NCBI RefSeq assembly: GCF_011386835.1
Contig: NC_088810.1
Location: 24,676,001-24,740,000 of the forward strand
DNA length: 64,000 nt
Source of the DNA: Chrysemys picta bellii
Lineage: Eukaryota
Direction of reading: 5' to 3'
The first letter of the stretch is position 1, and every line of letters starts with the position of its first letter. Made by a program: the position numbers and the translations under genes. Below are positions 36,682 through 51,389 of the stretch, piece by piece. Below the pieces are notes generated by a model, which was not told the origin of the DNA, searched no databases, and saw only the letters and a program-made list of their open reading frames with translations.

Positions 36682-39227
36682 CCACCCCGCCCTCGCTGAC
36701 GGGCCCAGAGACACGGCTACTGGTGGGGAAGCCGTTTGTTCTCGCCCAGAGCTGACACACGGTCTCTTGGACGGGACAGGACCCCCAGCTCAAGGGCAGG
36801 GGCGCCTTGCAGACCCTGCGTTCCTCCCACTGCCCTCTTTGGGCCAAACAAGCATGACACGACGTGCTCAGCTCCAGGATCGTGTGGCAGGGGGCAGGGA
36901 TTTCGTTCCACGCGCTGGGTTCGGCGCTTACGCCGCCCTCCCAAAGGCCCAGCCTGCTGCTCTGGAGATCCCCCGACAGGCTGTGGACGTGCGGCTCAGG
37001 AAATGCACCAGAGAAGGGAGACAGGCAGATGTTCGGCGAGGTTCGGCCAGTGGCAGGTCCTTTCCCAAGCGGCACAGCAGAGGCACTGGTGACACCGCTA
37101 CCAGATCCCATGGGGTGACAGTATGTGTCCCAGATCCCACGCGCACCCCAGCCCTCTCTCCCTCTTGCACACGCAGGCTCCCTGCAACTCTCTGCGACAG
37201 CAGGAGCCGTGCGTCCAATGGCTCTTCACCACCAAGGGGGACAGAAAATTGTGGGACCCCCAGGAGTCACATTCATGGCCCCGTTTGGGGTCATGACCCC
37301 GCAGTGGGCACAGCCGCTCAGTGAGAAACACACCAGAGCCCAGAGAGAAGGCGCAGGAGAGGCCAGCGGGGACCAGCAGGTCCGAGCGAGAGAAGGAAAG
37401 TCTGGTCCATCACCAAAGCCGCCTACCCACCACCACAGGCCCCGAGAGCCGCTGGCCTTACCACATACTCCATCTGCGCCGCACACGGGGAGCAGAGCTG
37501 CAGAGCCCTTCTGCGTGGAGTCCAACCTGCGGTTCAGCGACAAACAGGGAGTTAGCCGGCTTGGCCCAGCCCTCAAGGAGGCTGCCGTGCACTCAGCACT
37601 GACGGGACGAAGCGAACCACTCGCCGGAGCTTTTGAAGACACCCCACCATCGGAGCAGCCTCTTCCCCCGCTGACTCACTGCTGGCTCCGTCTGAGCTAG
37701 GCCTGCCCCAGGAGGTCACTATGAGCCGGGGAGGAGACGGCATCTGGCCGCTGGGGATCGTACAGGGGAGCCCCTGGCACTGGCTCCGCGTTTGGATCCC
37801 TGCTTGCCTGACACACCGGGCTTGGGAGGCCGCCTGGCACCCGCTTCCCCTGAGGAGGCCTAGCAGACAAGTGCGGGAAGTTTGGGGTCTCAGCCAAGGT
37901 GAGCCTGGCTCGATCTGCCAAGAGATGCCGGGGCCTGGAGCAGCCGGGGTGCAGTGGGGAGGTGAAGGGACGCCTGGGAACGCTGCTTGCCACACACACA
38001 TCAAGCCAGCCCACGGGACTCTCCCTTAGAGGAGCAGCAAACCCAGTGAGCCCATATCCTTGTGCAGCAGCCCAAGGGGCTCCAGACCAGAGCAAACCAG
38101 CCCAGGGGCCTGCCCGCCTCCAGACAGAACCTTCTGTGACACCGCAGCCAGTGGGCCAGACCGACGCGCCCTGCAAAGAGGGGCTGGGCTCTCATCCCCA
38201 CGGCCAGGGAAGCCAAAAGCCTACGCCAGCACCTCCAGCCAGGAAGGGAGCAAAGCAGAGGGGGCCCGTGGCCGGGGCCCAGTAAACACCCAGGGCTGCC
38301 CAGCACCATGGGGTCTCCCCAAGTGTCAAGGGTGAGTGAGCCGCCCAGGCTGCTGTTGGAACTGCCCAGGACACTGTGCAGCTTTGCTGGGTTAGTGCCC
38401 CCCCCAGGGGGGGCCCACAGCACCATACAGAGCCCGTGGGTGGGGACGGTGCACTCACCTTCCGAGGACACCGCCCCGGCGGGCCCAGCCACTCCTCCGC
38501 CTGGGGAAGCAGCATTCGCAGCCCAGCCGTTGCCTGACTCCTGCCCAGAGCAGCACCCAGCAGAGGGCAGGGGGGGTAGGAGGGAGGCCAGGGAAGGGGA
38601 GGAGGTTTCAGGCCCAGGGAGAGCATGGCAAGGGCAGTGGGCACAGAAATGCCCTACTCAGCTCCCAGGCCCTCCCCTCCTCCCTTTGGCCCAGGAAACC
38701 GCCCTCCAAACACAGCAGGGAAACAAACCCAATTTACTTCCTGGTAGCTACTGGGCCCTTCTCTGGGGCTGCAATCCCAGCGCCACCGGCGCTAACCTGA
38801 TCAGCCCAGGCGGCAGGGAGATAAGGGGCATGTTGGCCAGAATGGGCAGGGCGTGGCAGCATGCCCAAGCCAGTTACTGACGGCCAAGGGAACTACCAAC
38901 CAAGTCATGCAGTGCAAAGGCCCAGATGGGGGAGGGCGGGCTGGGAGCAGGCAGCAGGTACAAGGGGGGTGCTCCCTCCATGCTGGGCTAAACACACACA
39001 CGCTTGCTGGGGTGGGATGGGGATGGAGGGAGGGCGGCGCATGCTTAGCTGGCAGGCTGGGCCTGGCTTGCCCTGGCCAGAGGCTCTATCCCAGTGCCTA
39101 GTGATGCCTGCTTAATGCAGCTGGCACCCGGAGGCATCGAGACAACAGGTTTAGTGGGAAACAAGATGCAGCTTCACTGGTATTGACGTTATGGCCCTTC
39201 AGAGGGGCTGTCAGAGCCTCCTGGGAC

Positions 39228-39271
39228 CGGGCGTGGCCAGAAACACACACACACCCCCGAGCACGGCCAGA

Positions 39272-39306
<35 letters not shown>

Positions 39307-39560
39307 GGTTGGGCACGGCCAGACACACACACACACGCACTCTGGGACCGGGCGTGGCCAGACACACATACACACACCCCGGGGCTGTGCATGGCCAGAG
39401 AGAGAGAGAGAGAGACACACACACACCCCCGGGGCTGGGCGCGGCCAGAAACAACCCTCCCCCCCCCAGGGCCCGGCGCGGCCAGAAACACACACACACA
39501 CGGGGCCGGGCGCGACCAGAAACACACACACACACACACACACACACGGGGACGGGCGCG
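39228..39560. repeat. Compound minisatellite: gggcg(t/c)ggccaga(a/g)ac units each carrying a variable (CA)n or (GA)n tract
   Basis: About 7 units separated by CA/GA microsatellites of differing length. Confidence 0.85.
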
Positions 39561-39599
39561 ACCGGAGACGGAGCCAAGGAGGGAAGGGGACTCTCCTGC

Positions 39600-39715
39600 T
39601 GCACAGGCAGTGACGGATGACAGATGCAGGGACCGGCCCAGGCACACACGGGCAGACAGGGGCCATACTGGGAACTGAACCCAGGTCTCCTGAGTCGTAG
39701 GCCAGGGCCTGACCC
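39600..39715 (-). mobile_element. MIR-like SINE fragment
   Basis: Reverse strand reads gactcaggagacctgggttcagttcccag...tgtgtgcctgggccggtccctgcatct. Confidence 0.45.
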
Positions 39716-42700
39716 CCGAGCCCAGCTGGCCCGTAGCTTTCCAGGGCCCTGTGGCAGGGGCCAGCACACCCAGCCCGTCCCGTCCCCCGGAGACATACAG
39801 CTGACGGACAGCACGGCCCTTGGGCTGCGGCCTGGGCCCAACAGAGAGCAGCCACAACTATCTATCTGGGCCCTTCCCAGGGGACCGTCTGCAGCGGAGA
39901 CGGCCCCGTGGTCTCTGGAGATGGGCCAGAGAAGGGACACCCCTCCCGTTCCTCAGTGCAGACCCCCGGGGGGCATCACAGCGCCACGGACAGGCCAGCT
40001 GGGAGTAGATGTCACTTGCCCTTTGACCCCGTGTCCAAGGGTAACAGCCCATTAGCATGAGCCATGCGAGAAGGTCACAGCTAGCTGAGTTTGGGGGGTT
40101 GGGGGGGATGCTCGGTTCCGCTCCAGGGCACCCCAGGACCCAGTTACAGGACTGGGACTCCCACGCCAAGGCGAGCCGTCACACAAAGCACCCGGGGAAA
40201 CACGGCCCAGAGAGAGGGGCGATGGCGGCACAGCCACTAACAGGGTGGGACATGGGAGCCTGGGAGCCCACAAGATACCCCAGAGGTGCTGGAACAAAGC
40301 AATGCCCAGGCAGCCCCCAGGGGCTCTCCGACCAGCCCAGCCAAAGCCCCCCCCGCCCTTCCCCAGGGCTACAAGAGCTACAGGCAGAGGAGGGTAAACC
40401 CCAACCAATCAGAGCTGGCAGCATAAAGTCAGGGACTGCTAGTGCCACCACCCCTCCCCCAAACACCATGTCTGGCTCCCCGCCCCCAGCTGCCCCCCCG
40501 GAGCTGGGCTGAGCCCAATCCCAGACACGGGGCATGCAGGGCGGGCACCAGGCAGCAGTTTGGCCAGAGGCTGGTGTGGTCTCTCCTCTCAGCCTTCTAG
40601 ACAGGAAGCTCTTTGGGTCGCCTGAGCATCCACCACGGTGTGGGCGCTGGGGCAACCCCCAGCATGCAGCCCTGGGCACACCCAATGCCAAGCCATTTTG
40701 GGGACCTGGAAAGCCGAGCGCCTCCTACGAGGCAGGAGAAATCCGCTTTCAAAGCCTGCGTCCTCGAGGTTATTTCAGTCCCTTTCTTCTGCTCACAATG
40801 GCAGAGACAGCGAAAGAGTTCTTCCCATCCGGGGCTGGCTCCAGGCTACCCCTTCCCACTCACGTCCTCCCTGCGAGCCAGAGGATTAGCACACTGGACA
40901 TGGAGCCTGAGGCTCACATCCCTTCTACCAAGCTATGAGCCCCAGCTGGGCCCACCCGGCGTTCAGCCTGCTGGGCCCACCCGATTCACAGCACAGGAGC
41001 TCAGTTCCTATCAGCTGTTCCCTGGGTGGGAGCGGGGGCTGCCTGGGCCTGAGCACGCAGGTTGGCTGGGCAGCTGCCATGCAGCGTGGCGAGGGCAGGG
41101 GAGTCATGCCAGCAGCAGGCTCAACTAGTGGCTGGTAGGGCCCTGTGACTAGAGAGGCCCAGATTATATCCCTGGCCCGCAGGGGAAGAGTTCAGACATA
41201 AATAAATAAACAGCCATTAGGGCCTAGGCAGCCAGCAATAAGTCACGTGGCAGAGCCGCCAGGCACAACACGGGCAAGGCAGCGAAACCTCAGCAGCTTT
41301 GCCAGCAGAGCCCGGTGCCATTAAAGTGACGCTCACCCCATGTCACTTCAGGGAACACTCCAAGCTACCCACACAGCAGCAACCAGGGGGACCCCAAGCC
41401 GGGACAGAGCACGTCCGGGCTCAGGTTGGAGGCTGCAGTGCACTGGAGGGGGAGCCGAGATGAGCAGAGAAGCAGGAGGGAGCGTTGGGCTTTTGGAGAA
41501 TGCCTGATCACTGCAGCTTCTGATGCCAAGACCTCAGGGAGGTTCTTAAAATATATCCGGGGAGAGACTCTGCGAGGCTGGGACACAAAGGCAGCAATGT
41601 AGGTGTTAATCCAAGGCCCTAGCAACAGAACCAGTGACTACTCCTACCCGCCCGCACTCCCGCTGCACACTGTCATTTACCAACATCAGCTACAAAACCC
41701 AAAGTTCACACAACGCTCACATTCTGACAGCAAACCACAAGAGGCAGGAAATTCGCAGGCCAGGTGAGAACCCAGGCTGCTTTTATGCAACACGGCTGGG
41801 TTTGGTGGTGAGAGAACACTGCACTTGCAGCCTGAACTTGGCATTTCTGTGCTGGTTCAGTTGCCTCTCGGAGGGGAGAGTCCAGCCTGTGAAATATACA
41901 CCCAGCAAGCGACAGCCCAGCAGTCTATGCCCTTTGTTCACAATCGCGTCTATCACAGCAGGAGGAGTCCATCATTCTCTTTTGGTGCATAAGGACCTAG
42001 TGCCCAAAGGGCCCTTGGCAACAGATGAGCCAGAGCGTGCCAAAGGCGACGGCAGGCCAGACGTGACTCCCAAACCCTCCGCCCTACACAGGAGACAAAC
42101 ATTCCATTCCACACAACTGCCCCGCCCCCGGGGTCAGCAGCTGCAAGCCCCCCCCAGTCAAATCCCTCCTGCCCTGCCCCGTCATGGCGTTAGAACGCAC
42201 AGCCACTGCTTGGGCAACCCCTTGGAGCCCCTTTGGGATCACGGGCTCTCAAGCATGCTTCATTTGCTCATATAACACTGGCCAACTCTGCACAAGGAGC
42301 GGTTTCAAGCTAGCGCTGCGCAGGGACCGGTGTGATCCGCCTGGCGTAGCTACCTGCAGTGCTCGGCTTTACAAAGCACCAGTGCCCAGTCCCCAGGGCC
42401 ACCAACCTCCCCAAGCCACTGCTGAGACCTTCCCAAACAGCTCCCAAACTCCGTCAAAGCTCTGCAGCTGAGCGCAACCTGTCTGCTCCTCCCAGGGCCA
42501 GGTGTTGAGCCGAGGGATTTACCGCCCGGACATGTTACCCTATGCCCCGAGAGCAAACTACAGCTACTCGGTCTGCCAGCCCAAGCAGGGAGACACAGCC
42601 TCACAGGCTGGGCCGAGGAGAGGCTGCCGGGAAACAACAGGAAATGAAGAAACACCAGGAATGTTTCCAAGGGGGGTGGGGGGAAGGTGAAATCACAGCT

Positions 42701-43779
42701 GGACAAAGGTTACCAGGGATGTAAACACCAAGCATGGCCCTCAGCCCCCACTTCCTGTGGGAAGGGGGCGTCTGGTGGGGGGCAGCCAAAGGAAGCCACA
42801 CTAGAGGCACAGTCACAGTTTCCCGTGCTTTGGCTCCACTGCACCCAGGCTGGGACTAGAGAGCAATCCCGCCCTGCGACCCACATGGGGAAAGGAGCGA
42901 CTTGCCCCCACACCCCGTCCCAAGTGGAACCCGGGTACTACCGACAGGAGCATTGACATCATGCTCCTCACTCACAGCCTGTACCCACACCTCCTGGTCA
43001 CAGAGCCAGCCGGGCTGCCCTGGCAATCACCCCACAAGGATGGAGGCTAACAGCGAGGTGTCCTGCTGGGGCCCAACCAGCCCTGGTCTGAGGCACTGGG
43101 AACCTGGCCCCATCCCATCCTGCCAGTAGCCCTCGCTTACTCACCATCTATTCTGCGACACACAGGTGAAAGTACAAGCACCCAGAGGCTCCCTGCCACT
43201 GGCAGGTAACCACCCAGCTCAGGGTGCCCCACAGGGACGTCTCATGGCCCCCCTAGACATTAACTGTCGAGCAAGGAGCGAAAGGCTCCCGGGGACCCAG
43301 TGCAGGCGCAGCGATAGTAACTGGCCTACGGCTGGCACCATCTACACCCATGAATGGAGCCGCACCCCCGCCGCGGGGATGATGGAGAACAGGCAGAGAG
43401 GGGCACTGGGGTGAGCAAAGAGCGAGCAAGGGGCTGCCAAGGGGGGGAAGGGGAGCCTGGGGGCCAGGCCATGAGAGGAGGGGCACGAGTGGGGGAGACG
43501 CAGGCAGGATTCTGGGGGGCACCAGAGCCAAGGAGTTTGTTGCACCTGGGGAGTCTGAACCCCAGGGACCAGTGGGCAAAGGGGGAGTCGTGGGGAGGCG
43601 GTCAGGAGCAGGCCTGGTACAGGATGGGGGGGATCGGGCCCAGGGCAGGACCGGGTGGGGCCCCCCAGGCCTAGGGGGGGCAGGATTAGGCTGGGGGGGG
43701 CGGGAGGGACCAGGCCAGGGGTTGGGGGAAAGGGGGAACCCGGGGCAGGATCGGGGGTGGGGGTGGGGGAGGACCAGGT

Positions 43780-45090
43780 TGGGGGCGGGGGGATCAAGAC
43801 TGGGCCAGGGGGATCGGACAGGAGGGGGAGGGGGGGAGGGGAAGATCGGGCCCGGGGCAGGACTGGGCCAGGGGGATCGGACAGGAGGGGGACGGGGGGG
43901 ATCAGGCCGGGGGGCTGGCGGGTGGGGACGGACAGGAGGGGGCCGGGGGGGGATCAGGCCGGGGGGGGAGGGGGGGAGACCAGGCCGGGGGTTGGGGGGG
44001 GAGCGGGGCAGGACCGGGCCGGGGGATCGGACAGGAGGGGGACGGGGGGATCAGGGCGGGGGGCTGGCGAGCGGCGGGGGGGGGGTCGGACAGGAGGGGA
44101 CCGGGGGGGGGGGGGGATCAGTCCGGGGGGGGGGGAGGGAGATCGGGCCCGGGGTAGGACCGGGCCGGGGGGGGGTCGGACAGGAGGGGGACGGGGGGGG
44201 GGATCAGGCCGGGGGCGGTGCGGGGGGGGGTCGGACAGGAGGGGCCGGGGGGATCAGGCCGGGGGGGGGGTCGGACAGGAGGGGGAGGGGGGGATCAGGA
44301 CGGGGGGCTGGCGAGCGGCGGGGGGGGGGTCGGACAGGAGGGGGCCGGGGGGGGATCAGGCCGGGGGGGGGGTCGGACAGGAGGGGGCCGGGGGGGGATC
44401 AGGCCGGGGGGGGGTCGGACAGGAGGGGGCCGGGGGGGGGATCAGGCCGGGGGGGGGTCGGACAGGAGGGGGCCGGGGGGGGGAATCAGGCCGGGGGGCT
44501 GGCGAGCGGCGGGGGGGGGGGGGGTCGGACAGGAGAGGGCCGGGGGGGGATCAGGCCGGGGGGGGCGGGGACGGGGAGGGGCGGGGGGGTCGGACAGGAG
44601 GGGGCCGGGGGGGGTCAGGACGGGGGGGGGTCGGACAGGAGGGGGAGGGGGGGGATCAGGCCGGGGGGGGGGAGATCGGGCCCGGGGCAGGCCCGGGCGG
44701 GGGGTCGGACAGGAGGGGCCGGGGGGGGATCAGGCCGGGGGGGGCGGGGACGGGGAGGGGCGGGGGGGTCGGACAGGAGGGGGCCGGGGGGGGGTCAGGA
44801 CGGGGGGGGTCGGACAGGAGGGGGAGGGGGGGATCAGGCCGGGGGGGGGGAGATCGGGCCCGGGGCAGGCCCGGGCGGGGGGGTCGGACAGGAGGCGGCC
44901 GTGGGGGGGATCAGGCCGAGGGGGGCGGGGGGGGTCGGACAGGAGGGGGCCGGGGGGGGCGGGAGATCGGGCCCGGGGCAGGACCGGGCCGGGGGGGTCG
45001 GACAGGAGGGGGACGGGGGAGGGTCAGGGCGAGGGGGGCGGGGAGGGGCAGGACCGGGCCGGGGGGGTCGGACAGGAGGGGCCGGGGCCC
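43780..45090. repeat. ~1.3 kb extremely G-rich minisatellite (ggtcggacaggagggg...gatcaggccggggg units)
   Basis: The core tcggacaggag recurs more than 20 times among long G runs, starting immediately after the inferred SHC1 exon-1 donor. Confidence 0.92.
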
Positions 45091-45105
45091 GCGAGCGGCT
45101 CTCAC

Positions 45106-45189
45106 CGGGGCACCATGGATCGTCCGGGCTCGCTCGGCTGCCGGCGGCCGCGGCTCCAGCACAAACTTCTGCCCGAACCCTCCCTCAGC

Positions 45190-45210
<21 letters not shown>
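45106..45210 (-). other. SHC1: Putative non-coding first exon of SHC1 p52/p46 mRNA
   Basis: CCG|GTGAGA donor at 45106/45105 and ETS motif CACTTCCGG at ~45194-45202. The head-to-head SHC1/CKS1B arrangement is as in human. Transcription start is approximate. Confidence 0.6.
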
Positions 45211-47492
<2,282 letters not shown>

Positions 47493-48034
47493 ACCTGTTA
47501 CGTCTGACCTGTGTATAGAACCTCCCCTCTCTGTCTTCTCTTAGATACATGCACCTTTGGGGGCTTTGTCTCCTGTTTTAAATATCTGACACGTTTCAAT
47601 ACATTCAAACTCCTGGCGATTTAACTTCAAGCAAATCCAATCATCATGACAATAGTGGCTGGTAGAAAATGACTTGACTCAAAACTAGAGTCTGGCTTTT
47701 ACATATGAAATATCCTGTTGTATAGAACCCAATGATTCTTACCTACTGAGTGTGTCAATGCTCTCCTGAGCACTACTTGAGCAAAGAGATTTTAACTGCA
47801 AAATCTAGACTTCAACAGTTGAACCATAAATATTTTAACATTGTTTGGCACATGATAGTTGCTGCTTGTACCTTATACTCCAGGGGGTATGTTGGACTTT
47901 ATTCCAGGTGGACACTGTATCCACTTGCTTGGCATCTGCTTTAACACTGTTTGATATGTATTTTTGAATCTGTATTTTTGAATAATTTTTAAAGTTCTAG
48001 AAAGCCTGTTCAAAATCTGTGGTTGAAGTCCTTC

Positions 48035-48040
48035 AATAAA
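48035..48040 (+). terminator. CKS1B polyadenylation signal AATAAA
   Basis: Canonical hexamer ~545 nt after the stop, at the end of a U-rich UTR. Confidence 0.7.
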
Positions 48041-48513
48041 GAGGAAGTTTTTTTTAAATACATGGGTTTCCTCTCATTCATCTGAAACAATCCTCTCTGC
48101 CACCTTTTGTTGTCTAAACACTGGATATTGTTCCCCGCTCCCCCCCCCCCCCAACCCCCCGGGAGTGGGTGGTGCTAACACATGCCTTTGTTTTGTTTCA
48201 TTAGTTTCAAGTGTTAATCCTCCACAGATGTGTAGAGAGAAATAACTTTGCAGGATTCTGGTAATGTGCCTTAATCTCATTTGCTCTCAGAAAATCTTTC
48301 CTAAAAGAGATGAGACTATTTAACTCTTTAAAAGGCTTATTACCTCACTACTAAGTACCCAAGGATTCTCTAAAAATGTCTAAGACACGCCCCCACCCTT
48401 TGTCTACAAAATTAGCCTTGATGCCCTAACATGAACTTTTGGTCCAACAAGGCAATAATCATAGATAGTAAGAGTTTAAGTATGGTTAGGTCTGCAGCAT
48501 TCAAGGTTTAGAA

Positions 48514-48733
48514 CAGGGGTCCTCAATCTGGGGGTTGGAACCCCTTAGGGGGTCACAAGGTTATTACAGGGGGGTCATGAGCTGTCAGCCTCCACCCCAA
48601 ACCCCGCTTTGCCTCCAGCATTCGTAATGGTGTTTAAATATATAAAATAGTGTTTTTAATTTATAAGAGGGGGTTGCACTCAGAGTCTTGCTATGTAAAA
48701 GGGGTCACCAGTGCAAAAGTTTGAGACCCACTG
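48514..48733. mobile_element. Non-autonomous hAT (Charlie-like) MITE, 220 bp, with perfect 8-bp TSD
   Basis: TIRs CAGGGGTCCTCAA / TTGAGACCCACTG (10/13 match). GTTTAGAA flanks both sides (48506-48513 and 48734-48741). Confidence 0.92.
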
Positions 48734-49189
48734 GTTTAGAAGACCTCCCACTGTCTAACTAGATGGCTAAAGCAGGTTTTCCTAGTGGGGAGATTTCCTA
48801 TGTCCTTTTTGGAGTCTGTATCTGCAATTGATGTACAGCTCCTCTGCTTTTCTCATAGAGAAACAGGTCAAGCACTTGACTCTGGGTAGCTGCAGGCCTC
48901 TGACTTCTTGAACCCTAGTCAGCCCCCTTACTGGCAGCTTTTTTTAGTGGGTCATGACTGAGCAGTGAAGCAAGGAGCTAGTTCAGTGTAAAGTGGTATG
49001 GGCAGGAACCATGCCCCTAGTGCTAACTGCCAACAGCTAATAATACCTGAAACAGTCTACCCGAGCCAGCTCCAGCCTGGTGTCCATAGGCAGGGCCCCA
49101 TGGTGTAGGGAGGGAAGGGTAGCAAGCCCGATTCCTGCACTGTGCCACAATCCCAGTACCATGAAATTCGCAGGGAAGGGTGCATGCCT

Positions 49190-51290
49190 AGCACCCCTTG
49201 GGCTGGGCAGCGAGCCAATGCCAGGATCCCAGCACCGGGGGGAAGGATGCCGAGATAGGGCCTCATGGGGTGGGCAGGCAGCGAGCCCAGATCCGGGCCC
49301 AGGGGAGGGTGCCAAGGTAAGGCCTCGGGGGGCAGGTGGGCAGCGAGCCCAGATCCAGGACCTGGGGAGGGGGCAGGGAAGGATGCTGAGGTAGGGCCTC
49401 GTGGGGTGGGCAGGCAGTGAGCCCAGATCTGGGCCCAGGGAAGGGTACCGAGGTAGGGCCTCTTGGGGTGGGCAGCGAGCCCGGATCCAGGACTGGGGGA
49501 GGGGGGGGGGCAGGGAAGGGTGTTCAGGAGGGCAGCGAGCCCAATCCCTGCAGCATGCCAGGATCCCAGCACAGGGGGGAAGGGTGCCGAGGTAGGGCCT
49601 CGTGGGGTGGGCAGCGAGCCCGGATGCAGGACCTGGGTGGGGGGCAGGGAAGGGTGCCGAGGTAGGGCCTCGTGGGGTGGGCAGCGAGCCCGGATGCAGG
49701 ACCTGGGTGGGGGGCAGGGAAGGGTGCCGAGGTAGGGCCTCGTGGGGTGGGCAGCGAGCCCGGATCCAGGACCTGGGTGGGGGGCAGGGAAGGGTGCTCA
49801 GGTGGGGCAGGAGGGCAGCGAGCCCAATCCCTGCAGCATGCCAGGATCCCAGCACCGGGGGGAAGGGTGCCGAGGTAGGGCCTCGTGGGGTGGGCACCGA
49901 GCCCGGATCCAGGACTCGGGGGGGCAGGGAAGGGTGCTGAGGTAGGGCCTCGTGGGGCAGGTGGGCAGCGAGCCCAATCCCTGCAGCATGCCAGGATCCC
50001 AGCACCGGGGGGAAGGGTGCCGAGGTAGGGCCTCGTGGGGTGGGCAGCGAGCCCGGATGCAGGACCTGGGTGGGGGGCAGGGAAGGGTGCCGAGGTAGGG
50101 CCTCGTGGGGTGGGCAGCGAGCCCGGATCCAGGACCTGGGTGGGGGGCAGGGAAGGGTGCTCAGGTGGTGCAGGAGGGCAGCGAGCCCAATCCCTGCAGC
50201 ATGCCAGGATCCCAGCACCGGGGGGAAGGGTGCCGAGGTAGGGCCTCGTGGGGTGGGCACCGAGCCCGGATCCAGGACTCGGGGGGGCAGGGAAGGGTGC
50301 TGAGGTAGGGCCTCGTGGGGCAGGTGGGCAGTGAGCCCAATCCCTGCAGCATGCCAGGATCCCAGCACCGGGGGGAAGGGTGCCGAGGTAGGGCCTCGTG
50401 GGGTGGGCAGCGAGCCCGGATCCAGGACCTGGGTGGGGAGCAGGGAAGGGTGCTCAGGTGGGGCAGGAGGGTAGTGAGCCCGGATCCAGGACTGGGGGAG
50501 GGGGGGGCAGGGACGGGTGCTCAGGTGGGGCAGGTGGGCAGCGAGCCCAATCCCTGCAGCATGCCAGGATCCCAGCACCGGGGGGAAGGGTGCCGAGGTA
50601 GGGCCTCGTGGGGTGGGCAGCGAGCCCGGATCTAGGACCTGGGTGGGGAGCAGGGAAGGGTGCTCAGGTGGGGCAGGAGGGCAGCGAGCCCAATCCCTGC
50701 AGCATGCCAGGATCCCAGCACCAGGGGGAAGGGTGCTGAGGTAGGGCCTCGTGGGGTGGGCAGCGAGCCCGGATCCAGGACCTGGGTGGGGGGCAGGGAA
50801 GGGTGCTCAGGTGGGGCAGGAGGGTAGTGAGCCCGGATCCAGGACTGGGGGAGGGGGGGGCAGGGACGGGTGCTCAGGTGGGGCAGGTGGGCAGCGAGCC
50901 CAATCCCTGCAGCATGCCAGGATCCCAGCACCGGGGGGAAGGGTGCCGAGGTAGGGCCTCGTGGGGTGGGCAGCGAGCCCGGATCCAGGACCTGGGTGGG
51001 GAGCAGGGAAGGGTGCTCAGGTGGGGCAGGAGGGCAGTGAGCCCAATCCCTGCAGCATGCCAGGATCCCAGCACCAGGGGGAAGGGTGCTGAGGTAGGGC
51101 CTCGTGGGGTGGGCAGCGAGCCCGGATCCAGGACCTGGGCGGGGGGCAGGGAAGGGTGCTCAGGTGGGGCAGGAGGGTAGTGAGCCCGGATCCAGGACTG
51201 GGGGAGGGGGGGGGCAGGGAAGGGTGCTCAGGTGGGGCAGGAGGGCAGCGAGCCCAATCCCTGCAGCATGCCACGATCCCAGCACTAGAG
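49190..51290. repeat. ~2.1 kb composite minisatellite with higher-order (~353-363 bp) periodicity
   Basis: Interleaved ~70-bp and ~80-bp monomers share gggcagcgagccc and ggaagggtgc. Identical ORF-track peptides recur at offsets of 363 (49672/50035) and 353 (50398/50751). Confidence 0.92.
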
Positions 51291-51389
51291 GGGGGCCACG
51301 GACACGCTCGGACTGTGGCCACGCCCTGTGCATCAGCGCCCCCTGCCGGAGAAACGTGGAGCAACCTCAGCGCCCCGCCCACGGGGAAG

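Noticed and set aside
39183-39857. His/Thr-rich and Val/Cys-rich ORFs
   Set aside because: They are translations of (CA)n/(TG)n microsatellites.
30302-43780. Hidden gene in the 15-kb SHC1 first intron
   Set aside because: I could not build a phase-consistent exon chain or recognise any protein motif; the ORFs look like GC-rich noise or repeats. A short lncRNA cannot be excluded without RNA data.
49037-51180. Repetitive Pro-rich and Gly-rich ORFs; resemblance to a CRISPR array
   Set aside because: These are tandem monomers without unique spacers, there are no cas genes, and the context is vertebrate. The ORFs are repeat translations.
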